From Bacteroidota bacterium (GTDB lineage Bacteria > Bacteroidota > Bacteroidia > CAIKAF01), in contig JAQCBQ010000002.1 in assembly GCA_027621385.1 (NCBI GenBank), positions 1-37,395 on the forward strand: a stretch of DNA of 37,395 nt, in the 5' to 3' direction. Below the pieces are notes generated by a model, which did not search any database, was not told where the DNA came from, and worked only from the letters and a program-made list of their open reading frames with translations. How positions within the stretch are numbered: the first letter of the stretch is position 1; each line of letters starts with the position of its first letter. A program made the translations under genes and the position numbers. Below, piece after piece: positions 27,532 through 37,221 of this stretch.

Positions 27532-28512
27532 ATGAGCAGAGGAAAAATATTTGTTACCGGCGCAGCCGGATTCATCGGAAGTCGGGTAGTTAAATTGGCC
27601 CTTGATGCCGGCTACGAGGTGCGGTGCTTGGTACGGAATTCCACCAATTTACGTCGACTTGAAGGTCTCAAATATGAACCCTTCATTGGTGATATTACGA
27701 GTTCCGATTCCATGCAGGAAGGAATTAAAGGATGTACCGCTGTAATCCACTTGGCTTCCCTCTCAAACTGGAAAGACATACATAGTCCTAAAATGCCCTT
27801 GGTGGTAATTGAAGGCAGCCGCAATGTACTCAATGCTGCTCGAGACAATGGGAATCTCCCCATGGTGTATGTTTCATCCTCAACCGCAGTGGATGGAACG
27901 GAAGAAAAGGTAATCCTGAACGAAGACAGCCCTCTTACTTTAAGCAAGGCCAATTTCGTGTATCCACATGCCAAAAAGCAGGTGGAAGGAATGTGCAAAG
28001 AATATGCCGCTGAAGGACTCCCGGTATGCATCGTCAATCCAACCGAAGTGTATGGCCCTCAAGATTGGGAAAAAATCACCTGTGGAAATTTAATTGATTT
28101 TGCTACCACCAAAACCATTCAGTTGGCGGAAGGCGGGACATCCATCGTTCATGTTGATGATGTGGCCCAAGGGATCCTGGCCGCTTTGGAAAAAGGAAAG
28201 CCCGGAGAACGTTACATCTTAGGCGGTGAGAATATGGAATTTAAAGATTTGGCCGCTCTGGCTATGGAAATCCTAGGCAAGCCGGCAAAAATTTCAATGA
28301 TATCCAGAAAAATGCTCTTGACCTTGGCTTGGATATCGAAAACATTTAAAATAAATATGGGCTTTGAACCAGCGGTAATCCCCTATGCCGTTAAATACTG
28401 GTTTGTGGATAATTCTAAAGCGAAAAAGGACTTGGGTATTCAGTTCCGCCCCCCACGCGAAATCCTGGAACCTACCCTAAATTGGGTGAAGGAAGTAGGC
28501 TGGTTAAAGTAA
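27532..28512 (+). CDS. NAD-dependent epimerase/dehydratase family protein (extended SDR, HpnA/dihydroflavonol-reductase-like)
   Basis: 326 aa with the VTGAAGFIGS Rossmann motif, the catalytic YPHAK (YxxxK) motif, and GERYILGG. Substrate is not inferable. Confidence 0.75.
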   Translation: MSRGKIFVTGAAGFIGSRVVKLALDAGYEVRCLVRNSTNLRRLEGLKYEPFIGDITSSDSMQEGIKGCTAVIHLASLSNWKDIHSPKMPLVVIEGSRNVLNAARDNGNLPMVYVSSSTAVDGTEEKVILNEDSPLTLSKANFVYPHAKKQVEGMCKEYAAEGLPVCIVNPTEVYGPQDWEKITCGNLIDFATTKTIQLAEGGTSIVHVDDVAQGILAALEKGKPGERYILGGENMEFKDLAALAMEILGKPAKISMISRKMLLTLAWISKTFKINMGFEPAVIPYAVKYWFVDNSKAKKDLGIQFRPPREILEPTLNWVKEVGWLK

Positions 28513-28601
28513 GGGATTCAAGTTCTTACTTCGGCTTTTCTTAAATGTTGGGTGTTCTAATACCTAAATTTCGGACTGCCATTCACCATGTTGCGTAGTT
28601 T

Positions 28602-29381
28602 ATGAAAGGAAGAGTTTTAATAACAGGTGCTACTTCAGGAATTGGAGCAGCAACCGCACGGCGGCTCGCAAAAGAGGGCTACGATTTAATCTTGACAGGA
28701 AGAAGAGCCGACCGCTTGGCCGATTTAACCGACGAATTGCGCTCCATTTACCCACAGATTTCTTTACTTCATTCTACGTTGGATGTACGCGATGAAATGC
28801 AGGTGAAATCTCTTTACGAAGAGTTGGAACGTAACAATAAAATACCGGATGTTTTAATCAATAACGCCGGCTTGGCCGCCGGCTTGGCTTCTGTTGATGA
28901 AGCGCTGACAGACGATTGGAATCGGATGATTGATACCAATGTTAAAGGCGCCTTATACATGTGTAAATTCCTGATTCCTTACCTGAAAAAACAGAACCGG
29001 GGACATATCGTTCAAATGTCTTCGGTCGTAAGCCGTGAGGTGTATGCCGGAGGCAGTGTGTATTCAGCCACTAAGCATGCCTTGGACGCAATTCACCGCT
29101 CGTTGCGCTTGGAATTGTTGCCCTGGAATATCCGATTAACATCCATAAATCCCGGCTTGGTTGAAACGGAATTTAGTTTGGTTCGTTTTCATGGAGATGC
29201 CCAGCGAGCACAATCGGTATATTCCGACATTCAACCCTTACAAGCTGAAGATGTAGCCGATGCCGTTGCTTACTGTTTGGGCTTGCCTGCCCATGTCAAT
29301 ATTCCCGAACTTCATATCACTGCTGCCTGCCAAGCATCGGCTACCCGAGTTCGTAAAGCGGACGGTAGCCTAAGAGGATAA
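28602..29381 (+). CDS. classical SDR family oxidoreductase (YdfG-like)
   Basis: 259 aa with the motifs TGATSGIGAATA, NNAG and YSATKHA. Confidence 0.8.
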   Translation: MKGRVLITGATSGIGAATARRLAKEGYDLILTGRRADRLADLTDELRSIYPQISLLHSTLDVRDEMQVKSLYEELERNNKIPDVLINNAGLAAGLASVDEALTDDWNRMIDTNVKGALYMCKFLIPYLKKQNRGHIVQMSSVVSREVYAGGSVYSATKHALDAIHRSLRLELLPWNIRLTSINPGLVETEFSLVRFHGDAQRAQSVYSDIQPLQAEDVADAVAYCLGLPAHVNIPELHITAACQASATRVRKADGSLRG

Positions 29382-29388
29382 CGGTAAT

Positions 29389-30993
29389 TTATCTGCCCTT
29401 TAAAATGGGCAAAATACTCCCTGCCGAGCCATTCGGAGCGGGAATACCTAACAATTGAGAAAGGGTAGGGGCAATGTCTTCCACTCCCACCTCCTGAACA
29501 TGTATGTGGGGCTTAAACATACTGCCATAAATAAGCAACGGTACGTGGGCGTCGTACTCAAACGGCGAACCATGGGTGCTCCCTTTTCCCAGCCGAAGCC
29601 CTTCCATGTATCCAGGTTTTGGAATGCCAATTAAATCGCCAGAACGCGAATGATGCACACCTTTTGCCACCATTCCGGGTCCATGATTTAAACTGAGCAT
29701 AGAATACAACTGATCAAATTCATACACATCCAAAATGCCCGGAATTGCACGCATAGCGCTCCGAAGTTTTCTTTTAAGATCGACCGGACACCCCTCTTTC
29801 AAGTACACATTTAGGTTCAGCACATCTTCAATAAACGGCGCTGCCTCCGGCACGCCTTGAATGAGCTTTTCTTTTATGCCTTCTTCAATGACTCCGCCAG
29901 GAATGCGGTTTGCCCTAGCCCGAAGTGGATTCTCTGCCGCCCCATGGTCGGCCGTAAGCACCACAACCCAATGCTCAGCTCCAATATGTTGGTCCAAATA
30001 ACCGAAGAGCTTTGCCAATTCCCGATCCAACTTGATGTAGGTGTCAGCAATTTCTAAGGAACGAATGCCAAATTGATGGCCTAAAATATCGGGTTGGGAA
30101 AAGCTGATATTTAATAGGTCGGGAGTGTCGTCCAGCCCTAATTGTTCTTGCTGAAGCATTTCAAGAACAAAATCTATCGTCAACGCATTCCCGGCAGGTA
30201 GATATTTTAAGCGCTGATAGCCCAATTCTGAACTTGTTGCTGAATTGTTGTGCGGAAAAACAGGATCAACCTCAGCCGGCAAGGGAAGCTCTTCCTCCTG
30301 CATGTCTAGATGCTTCAAACCTTGAAGTTTTTTATCCAATTCCCAAGCCTGATTTAGTCCAACTTCCTTTTTTGGGCTTTGATTGAATGCATGCACCCAC
30401 TGAGGCAAGGCATCAACATAAAAAGAAGAACTTATAAAATGGCCGTTGGCCGGATCCAACCAATATACGCCATCACTGTGGTGCCCAGACATAAGTATTG
30501 CTGACCTGTCTTTGATGGCAACGGCGGTGTTTTTGGCCTCGGGATAGGCCATTTTAAGCTCGTCTCCCAAGGTACTTGTCCAAAGGTTCCTCGGACTCAT
30601 CATTCCGGCGGTCGTATTGCTGCCAATGGTGCGAACAGATGTATCTTCAACGCAATACACAGATTTTCCTGTTGCCCTTTCATACCAATCGTTGGCTACG
30701 ATTCCATTGTACATAGGAAAAGTTCCGGTTGAAATGCACGCATGCCCGGGACCCGTATAGGTCGGCACATAATGGTATTTGGCATTTGAAAACCGAATTC
30801 CTTGACGCTTCAATCGCTGAAAGCCGCCATCTCCAAAATAAGCATCAAAACGTTCCAAATAATCATTGCGCATTTGGTCTACTGAAATGACAACCACCAA
30901 CCTCGGAGGAACTGGGCTTCCGGTATAGGGCTGTGCACGTATTTGACCGAACAAACAAAGCAACAAAAAAGCGATGGCACAAATTCGATTCAT
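29389..30993 (-). CDS. secreted alkaline phosphatase / nucleotide pyrophosphatase family protein (PafA-like)
   Basis: ORF 29389..31047. Signal peptide MNRICAIAFLLLCLFGQIRAQ fits a start at 30993. It has metal-ligand and nucleophile motifs VISVDQMR, PTYTGPGHACISTG, LTADHGA and GSTHGSP. Confidence 0.75.
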   Translation of the reverse strand: MNRICAIAFLLLCLFGQIRAQPYTGSPVPPRLVVVISVDQMRNDYLERFDAYFGDGGFQRLKRQGIRFSNAKYHYVPTYTGPGHACISTGTFPMYNGIVANDWYERATGKSVYCVEDTSVRTIGSNTTAGMMSPRNLWTSTLGDELKMAYPEAKNTAVAIKDRSAILMSGHHSDGVYWLDPANGHFISSSFYVDALPQWVHAFNQSPKKEVGLNQAWELDKKLQGLKHLDMQEEELPLPAEVDPVFPHNNSATSSELGYQRLKYLPAGNALTIDFVLEMLQQEQLGLDDTPDLLNISFSQPDILGHQFGIRSLEIADTYIKLDRELAKLFGYLDQHIGAEHWVVVLTADHGAAENPLRARANRIPGGVIEEGIKEKLIQGVPEAAPFIEDVLNLNVYLKEGCPVDLKRKLRSAMRAIPGILDVYEFDQLYSMLSLNHGPGMVAKGVHHSRSGDLIGIPKPGYMEGLRLGKGSTHGSPFEYDAHVPLLIYGSMFKPHIHVQEVGVEDIAPTLSQLLGIPAPNGSAGSILPILKGR

Positions 30994-30995
30994 AA

Positions 30996-31454
30996 CTAGG
31001 CTTTTACGGCAATAGAGGCAATGATTAAACCACTGCGCAAGGTCCATAATCCCGCGCGAACGAAGGAGCTAATCTGAAGGGCTTTGAAGGTCGCCGGTTC
31101 GGGCTTCCTCCAATAAACCGCCCGTTGCTTTCGCAACAACATCAATGAAAAACCCCAAATGCCAAGCAACAGGAAAAAGGAGAGCCCATACAACTGTATA
31201 AATCTGGCCGCATCAGGACTGGCAGACATAGACCGAACGGAGAAAATTAAGGTGGCAAACGAGGTGAGAAGTTCCAATGATACCAGCGGCAAATGCACTA
31301 AGGTAGAACGCTGTTGAAGCACCTTTGCCGCATCCTCCCTATGCTCTTTTGCTATCCACTGAAATGCCTGTAAACCCACCACAGAACTATGCCAAGCCAT
31401 CCCTGTTAAAAGAAGGCTACACAGCAATGAAATAATAAATGCCGGCGATACCAT
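30996..31454 (-). CDS. small integral membrane protein, function unknown
   Basis: 152 aa with about four hydrophobic segments. It is packed between pdxH (3-nt gap) and the phosphatase (2-nt gap) on the same strand. Confidence 0.55.
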   Translation of the reverse strand: MVSPAFIISLLCSLLLTGMAWHSSVVGLQAFQWIAKEHREDAAKVLQQRSTLVHLPLVSLELLTSFATLIFSVRSMSASPDAARFIQLYGLSFFLLLGIWGFSLMLLRKQRAVYWRKPEPATFKALQISSFVRAGLWTLRSGLIIASIAVKA

Positions 31455-31457
31455 GGC

Positions 31458-32102
31458 TTATGGGGCTAGGCGTTCTTTTTCCCAAGTGTTTCCTTCCTTC
31501 ACAAATCGAATGCGGTCATGAAGCCGCCCCGGCCGACCTTGCCAAAACTCCATACTCATTGGTTCCAAACGGTATCCTCCCCAAAAGGGTGGAGTAGGAA
31601 TCACATCTGTATTGGCAAACTTTTCTTCTGTTGCCTTTAATAAAGCCTCCAAGTGTGCCCGGTCTGGAATAGAGGAACTTTGTGGAGAGGCCCATGCCGT
31701 CAGTTGATTTAGCCTCGGCCGACTTTGAAAATAGGCGTCCGACTCAACTTTTGATAGTTTTCGTACACGACCTTGAACCCGAATTTGCCGCTCCAACTCT
31801 ACCCAAAAGAAATTTAAGGCGGCCTTGTCATTTTGCTCCAATTGCTTTGCCTTTTCAGAGGTGTAATTGGTGTAAAAGACCAATCCTAAATTGGAAAGAT
31901 CCCTTAACAATACAATTCTGCTACTTGGAAATCCAGAGGAGTCTACTGTGCTAAGGGCCATGGCGTTTGGTTCCGATTGACCCGCATTTGCGGCTTCTCC
32001 TAGCCATTTTTCTAATAAAAAAATAGGGTTAGATCCACAATCCGTTTCGGATAATGACATCAAATTATAATCTTTACGGAGTTTTGAGAGAAATTCTTTC
32101 AT
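31458..32102 (-). CDS. pdxH: pyridoxamine 5'-phosphate oxidase
   Basis: 214 aa with RIVLLRD, the FYTNYTS-K motif, and the C-terminal WGGYRL...EFWQGRP.RLHDR motif. Confidence 0.9.
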   Translation of the reverse strand: MKEFLSKLRKDYNLMSLSETDCGSNPIFLLEKWLGEAANAGQSEPNAMALSTVDSSGFPSSRIVLLRDLSNLGLVFYTNYTSEKAKQLEQNDKAALNFFWVELERQIRVQGRVRKLSKVESDAYFQSRPRLNQLTAWASPQSSSIPDRAHLEALLKATEEKFANTDVIPTPPFWGGYRLEPMSMEFWQGRPGRLHDRIRFVKEGNTWEKERLAP

Positions 32103-32122
32103 ACCTTAACACTTCTTGAATT

Positions 32123-32130
32123 CAAAGGTA
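32123..32130 (-). promoter_or_regulatory. candidate -7 box TACCTTTG for the pdxH operon
   Basis: The minus strand reads TACCTTTG, an exact TAnnTTTG match, 20 nt upstream of the pdxH ATG. It lies inside a 33-nt divergent intergenic region. Confidence 0.35.
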
Positions 32131-32135
32131 CCTAA

Positions 32136-34112
32136 ATGGAATCAATCAGCACGGGCAAAAGCGAAAGAAAACTAGACCGAGTCAAATGGCTAGCCTTTAT
32201 CATCATTGGAGTCTCCTCCTTAATCCGATTGTTTTATGCTTCATCCATTTCTTTTAGCCCGGACGAGGTCTATTCTATTTTCCAATTTTCCGATTTCGGA
32301 TTTTCCGGCCTTCTCAATCACCTCAATGAGCGCGGTGAAAACCACCCTGTTGTAGCCCAGGTTCTTTTCGGATTCTGGTATCAAATCATGCCGGCGCATG
32401 AATTTTTTGTTCGCCTTCCCTACATTCTGATTGGTTCTATGGGCATGTGGTGGGCCTACTTGCTGTTTTCAGGTTGGTTTGGAAGAAAGGTGGCAATCAT
32501 GGTGATTATTCTAATGGGCTTCGCAGCAGTAAATATGGTGTTCAGCATTTATGCTAGACCTTTTGTCTTGGGCATGGCTCTAATTCTATTCGCCGCATGG
32601 CGCTGGGATCGCGTAATCAACCGTACCGGCCAAATTCCACTGAAAAAGGGATTGTTCTTGGGCGCCGCTTGGCTCTTGGCCGCCCACGCTCATTATGGCG
32701 CACTCATGCTGGTAGGCATTATGGTGCTCGCCTCCCTTCTGTTCATCACTCCCAAAAATATGTACGCTCTAGGGGCTGCAGCTCTTATTTTACTTCTTGG
32801 TTTGGCTCCCTTTTATTCAATAGGCAGGCTACATTTCACGATGGCCAACATCGGCCCTCATGGACTTCCTGTTCCAGATCCTCAATTCGGTTGGATTGTG
32901 GATTGGTTGCTGTATTTAGTCAATCATTCTTGGTTTGTCTTCCTTACTCTATTAGGAATTATGGTCTACGCACGACCAAAAGCACATGAAAAAAAGCAGA
33001 ATTGGCGTGCCTCCAGATACCACATGGTGCTTGGAAAACAACAAGTAATCTGGCTCTCAGCCGCCTTAGGTTTCCTTCCTTTTATCGGTTTGATGTTCTA
33101 TTCTTTCGTTCAAAAGCCGGTGTTCCACGTTTCGCTTATTTTGCCCACCTTCCCCTTTATGGCCGCCTTTGTTTTTCAGTGGGCATATCCCTTTTTCCGA
33201 AAAATGCCAACCTACCTCCTGGGAGCATATTCCGTGGTTGTACTTTTTACCTCCATGACGGAAAAGGAGGCCTTTAATATTATGCCATTTACGCACTTTA
33301 AATCTGCCATTTCCGATATTGAAGACCGATTGGAAACAAATCCAAAAACCGCAGTTCTTTTTGTTTCTCCAACCCCTGAGGTCCTTCGCTATTTTATTCA
33401 AGAGGATAGCCCACTGAGAAAAGTGGGGCGTATCTTTCACCCCGATAGTCTTGACTACAATTTATTGGACTGGATGAAGAAAACAGAAAGCGACGGAAAT
33501 GAAAATTTAATCTACGCTTGGTTTGATGAAGAACCCGCCGTTGAAGTCCCTACCCAAATCCGAGCCATTTATCCCAATTATGAAACCCGAACGCGGGGCA
33601 GTCAACAGGCTCAACATTACTTCACCAAACGCTCCGTCAAATCAACGATTTTAAGAGATCAGGATACCTTACTTTCGTATAAAAAACTTTATCTCACGGC
33701 TCCTCTTGACTCTATGTTGAGTCAACCCGCCATTTTTATGGATGCCGGTCCACTCCGGGATGATATGAACCCTTGGACGGAAATTGTGGGGAAAGTTGTA
33801 CTTCAAAATTTGGATAGCCAATTGGTGAATTTCCAAGTTCATGTTGAAATTTTATCGGATTATGGAGCAAATTGGGAGAACATTTTAACGGCTGAACTTC
33901 CCCCAAACACAACACGTGCCTTCTATGTTGGAAGGAAATTAAGGGAAGAGATATCGTATAAAAAGGAACCCATTTTTAGAGTTAAAACAGACCCTATTGC
34001 CAGCAATGGACAGCCCGGAAAAATAAGAGTGCTTGAAAATTACATCTGCATCGTGGTGGGAGATGAAAAGAATTTCCCCAAAATGATGTATCCCGGTCAT
34101 CAAAAACGTTAA
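32136..34112 (+). CDS. polytopic membrane protein, GT-C fold glycosyltransferase-like (GT39/ArnT/PMT_2-like) with a C-terminal soluble domain
   Basis: 658 aa. There are about 10 or more hydrophobic segments in the first 380 aa or so. The first extracytoplasmic loop carries the FSPDEVYS (DE) motif typical of the ArnT/PMT family. The C-terminal ~270 aa are hydrophilic. Confidence 0.55.
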   Translation: MESISTGKSERKLDRVKWLAFIIIGVSSLIRLFYASSISFSPDEVYSIFQFSDFGFSGLLNHLNERGENHPVVAQVLFGFWYQIMPAHEFFVRLPYILIGSMGMWWAYLLFSGWFGRKVAIMVIILMGFAAVNMVFSIYARPFVLGMALILFAAWRWDRVINRTGQIPLKKGLFLGAAWLLAAHAHYGALMLVGIMVLASLLFITPKNMYALGAAALILLLGLAPFYSIGRLHFTMANIGPHGLPVPDPQFGWIVDWLLYLVNHSWFVFLTLLGIMVYARPKAHEKKQNWRASRYHMVLGKQQVIWLSAALGFLPFIGLMFYSFVQKPVFHVSLILPTFPFMAAFVFQWAYPFFRKMPTYLLGAYSVVVLFTSMTEKEAFNIMPFTHFKSAISDIEDRLETNPKTAVLFVSPTPEVLRYFIQEDSPLRKVGRIFHPDSLDYNLLDWMKKTESDGNENLIYAWFDEEPAVEVPTQIRAIYPNYETRTRGSQQAQHYFTKRSVKSTILRDQDTLLSYKKLYLTAPLDSMLSQPAIFMDAGPLRDDMNPWTEIVGKVVLQNLDSQLVNFQVHVEILSDYGANWENILTAELPPNTTRAFYVGRKLREEISYKKEPIFRVKTDPIASNGQPGKIRVLENYICIVVGDEKNFPKMMYPGHQKR

Positions 34113-34119
34113 TCGAATC

Positions 34120-36387
34120 ATGACCTATTTTCGCTTCTTTTCCCCCTTTTTCTTTGTTTTGGCTCTTTGCCCATCTTCGGCCTACGCTCAACTTAATCCG
34201 GAAGCTTGGCGGGTACATTTGCCCTTCTTCAGGTGCTCGCACATCGATTACCACAATGGAAAACTACTGCTGGCATCCGACCAAGGAGCATGGAGCTACG
34301 ACCTGGAAACCATCGAGCGCGAACCCTTTTCAAAGGCGGAAGGCTTTAGCGCTGTTCAAAGTTCTGTTGTTCGGTCACACCCCACCAAACCCTGGGCAAT
34401 TGTTGCCTACCAAACCGGACATGTTGACCTTCAAAAAAATGGCCGCGTTGTTCCTCTGAATGCGCTGTTAAATGCCGGAATAAACGACAGTAAATTTATA
34501 CGGTCGGCAGAATGGTATGGCGATACGGTTATTTTGGCGGCCGATTTTGGCGTCGTTATTATTGATGCAAAACAAGAGGTCTTTCGCAATTCAGCCATCC
34601 TGAAAAATAGCCCCCTGTTTACCACTGAAACTTGTCAGTCAGCTACCGTCTTTAATGGTAGGTATTGGTTTTCTTTATCTACCGGATTGTACAGTCTTCC
34701 CCTGTCTGGAAATATTAAAGATTTAACATCCTGGGTGATGCAACCCGAGGCTGGGCCAGGATTTTATGCCCATGTGTCTGCATTCAATGGTAAATTATTC
34801 GCCATCAAAGGCCAACAAGGAGACAGCTTGTTTGCCTTTACCCCAGGAACCCCAGCCCAAATCCTTTCTTTCCCCGATTTTCCATCCTACAACAGCCTTA
34901 GAACCATCGGAAATCGACTCTATCTGCTTACCGATACTGTCGCCATTGCCTTAGATGCTTCTCAACAAATAGTTTGGAACTTCCATTCTCCATTCGGTGC
35001 ATTTAAAGACATCGTTCGAGACCCCTCAGGAAATCATTATCTGGCAACATCAAGAAATGGCTTGCTGTTCAGCGCTACCAATCAAACGGCCTATGGCCCG
35101 GCAGGTCCGGAAACCCGAAACGCATACGATATAAAAGTGCTCTCTAACGGAGATGTGTGGGTGGCTTCCGGAGGAAGAACTCCGTTATGGGGTGCCATTT
35201 TTCGGCGAGACCAACTGTTCTACCGCAGTCAAGGATTTTGGAGGGTCCTTCGCGAACCCGAAGCCGGCTATCCATTAGGACATGCTGATTTACTCGCTAT
35301 AGCCCCCGATCCCGATGACCCCAAACATTTGTTTGTCGCCGCCGGAATTACAGGCCTGTATGAAATAAATAATTACACCTATTCTTCCATTCTGCAAGGC
35401 CCCCCTCTGCCCTTAGGCCTGAATCGACCTGGTTTAGGTGGCCTGGCATTTGATCGCCAAAAAAACCTCTGGGTTTCTCCTTCATATGACCCTGTCGGCC
35501 TGGTTTGCTTAAAAACAGATAATTCTTCTTTATCTGTAGATTTTCCAAATTTCACCTCAAATGCAGTTCCCACCGGAGATGTAGTTGTGGATGATTTTGG
35601 GTATGTCTGGCTCGCCGTTTGGAGCCGTGGCATCGCCGTTTATAACCCCGCCAATGGACAAAAGCAGTATTTAACAGCAACTTTCAACAGTGGCGATTTA
35701 CCCAATCTTCATATCCGAACCCTGGCAAAAGATAAAAATGGAGAAATTTGGGTGGGAACCGACGATGGCTTACGGGTATTTTCTCCCGGTCAATTGTTTA
35801 GCTCTAACCCAGTGAATGGACAGAAAATTGTACTCAGCGCCGACGATGGCAATAACGAACTCCTCTTGGCCCAAACCATAGTAAATGACATTCAGGTGGA
35901 CGGAGGAAACCGAAAATGGATCGCCACCCAAGGCGCCGGTGTTCTTCTCGTTAGCCCCGACGGAAGAACCATAATTCGTAGTTTCAATGCCGACAATAGC
36001 CCCCTACTGTCAGACAATGTTCAATGCATTGGAATTGACCCCATCACTGGTGAGGTTTATTTCGGTACTGACCTCGGAATTATATCATACCAAGGCAATG
36101 CAACAGAAGCCTCAGATGATTTTGGTGATGTTGTCGCTTTCCCCAATCCCATTAAACCCACCTACGACGGCCCAATTACCATCAAAGGCCTTGCACGAAA
36201 TGCCAACCTGAAAATCACCGATATAGCCGGCAATTTGGTCTATGAACTCGAAGCCGCCGGCGGTACAGCCACCTGGAACGGCCGCCGGTTTGACGGACGA
36301 AGGCCCCATACCGGTGTATATCTTGTGTTCGCTACCAATCAAGACGGATCCCAATCCATGGTGACCAAACTTATTTTTGTTAATTAG
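34120..36387 (+). CDS. beta-propeller protein with T9SS-type C-terminal domain, PorZ-like
   Basis: 755 aa with a signal peptide (...PSSAYAQ). It has repeated two-component-regulator-propeller-like blades (KNGEIWVGTDDGLRVF, GNRKWIATQGAGVLL, GEVYFGTDLGIISY). The C-terminus is VVAFPNPIKPTYDGPITIKGL...ATWNGRRFDGRRPHTGVYLVF. Confidence 0.55.
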   Translation: MTYFRFFSPFFFVLALCPSSAYAQLNPEAWRVHLPFFRCSHIDYHNGKLLLASDQGAWSYDLETIEREPFSKAEGFSAVQSSVVRSHPTKPWAIVAYQTGHVDLQKNGRVVPLNALLNAGINDSKFIRSAEWYGDTVILAADFGVVIIDAKQEVFRNSAILKNSPLFTTETCQSATVFNGRYWFSLSTGLYSLPLSGNIKDLTSWVMQPEAGPGFYAHVSAFNGKLFAIKGQQGDSLFAFTPGTPAQILSFPDFPSYNSLRTIGNRLYLLTDTVAIALDASQQIVWNFHSPFGAFKDIVRDPSGNHYLATSRNGLLFSATNQTAYGPAGPETRNAYDIKVLSNGDVWVASGGRTPLWGAIFRRDQLFYRSQGFWRVLREPEAGYPLGHADLLAIAPDPDDPKHLFVAAGITGLYEINNYTYSSILQGPPLPLGLNRPGLGGLAFDRQKNLWVSPSYDPVGLVCLKTDNSSLSVDFPNFTSNAVPTGDVVVDDFGYVWLAVWSRGIAVYNPANGQKQYLTATFNSGDLPNLHIRTLAKDKNGEIWVGTDDGLRVFSPGQLFSSNPVNGQKIVLSADDGNNELLLAQTIVNDIQVDGGNRKWIATQGAGVLLVSPDGRTIIRSFNADNSPLLSDNVQCIGIDPITGEVYFGTDLGIISYQGNATEASDDFGDVVAFPNPIKPTYDGPITIKGLARNANLKITDIAGNLVYELEAAGGTATWNGRRFDGRRPHTGVYLVFATNQDGSQSMVTKLIFVN

Positions 36388-36391
36388 GGCC

Positions 36392-37105
36392 ATGCCCCGA
36401 CAATTGGAATGCTTACTTCTTCACACCGTTCGGTTTGGTGATAAAGGGTATATTTTAAAATTACTGGCCGCCGATGGGGAACAGCTCGATGCAGTTTTTA
36501 TGGCCTCGGCCAATTCTAAAAAGAACAAACGTGCTTTTTTACACCCCCTTTCAGCTCTCCATTTGGTTTTAAGCGACAGCAAATCCAACAGCCTTCCCTA
36601 TGCATCTCAGTTCGCATTTCAACATGGTCGCTCTTTGGTGCATGCCGGCCCGGTAAAATTGTCCATTGCCCTGTTTATGGCTGAGGTGCTTTCAAAAATA
36701 TGCCAATGGCAAAAAAGCGATTTAGCTCTATATGATTTGGCAATCCATCACCTCGAAAGTACCCTGAATCAAATCCAATCTAAGGACCTGCCCATTTCTT
36801 TCCTGCTCGATGCCATTGAATGGGCAGGTATTTTGCCCCTACCTCCTGAAAAACCAATATTCCCTTTGGTCTTTGGAATTCAATCAGCCTCTTTTTATTC
36901 TCCCCCAGGAAATGGATTGGAACCCGTCTTCTCTCCTGAAATATCAAAAGCATGGCTGGATTTGATTCTGCATAAAAATATACCTGAAAATTCAGCCCAA
37001 AGAAGAGATTTGCTCGATGCTATGATAGGCTTTCTGGAATGGCAGTTTGAACGCCCAGGAAGCATCCAAAGCCATCGAATTTTTGCTGAAATGAATACGG
37101 CATAA
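36392..37105 (+). CDS. recO: DNA repair protein RecO
   Basis: ORF 36377..37105, with an ATG at 36392. Size is about 237 aa. The N-terminal OB-fold pattern (LLHTVRFGDKGYILKLL) and the position in the cluster fit RecO. Sequence similarity was judged from memory only. Confidence 0.65.
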   Translation: MPRQLECLLLHTVRFGDKGYILKLLAADGEQLDAVFMASANSKKNKRAFLHPLSALHLVLSDSKSNSLPYASQFAFQHGRSLVHAGPVKLSIALFMAEVLSKICQWQKSDLALYDLAIHHLESTLNQIQSKDLPISFLLDAIEWAGILPLPPEKPIFPLVFGIQSASFYSPPGNGLEPVFSPEISKAWLDLILHKNIPENSAQRRDLLDAMIGFLEWQFERPGSIQSHRIFAEMNTA

Positions 37106-37221
37106 ACTAAAATGGACCTCAAGGCCCATTCCTATAAATCTATGCTTACCGAAGTATAGATCGACTCCGAACAGTCGAAAAATAAAAAGGTGGACAAGGC
37201 AGGAATTAAGTCATAACGGCC

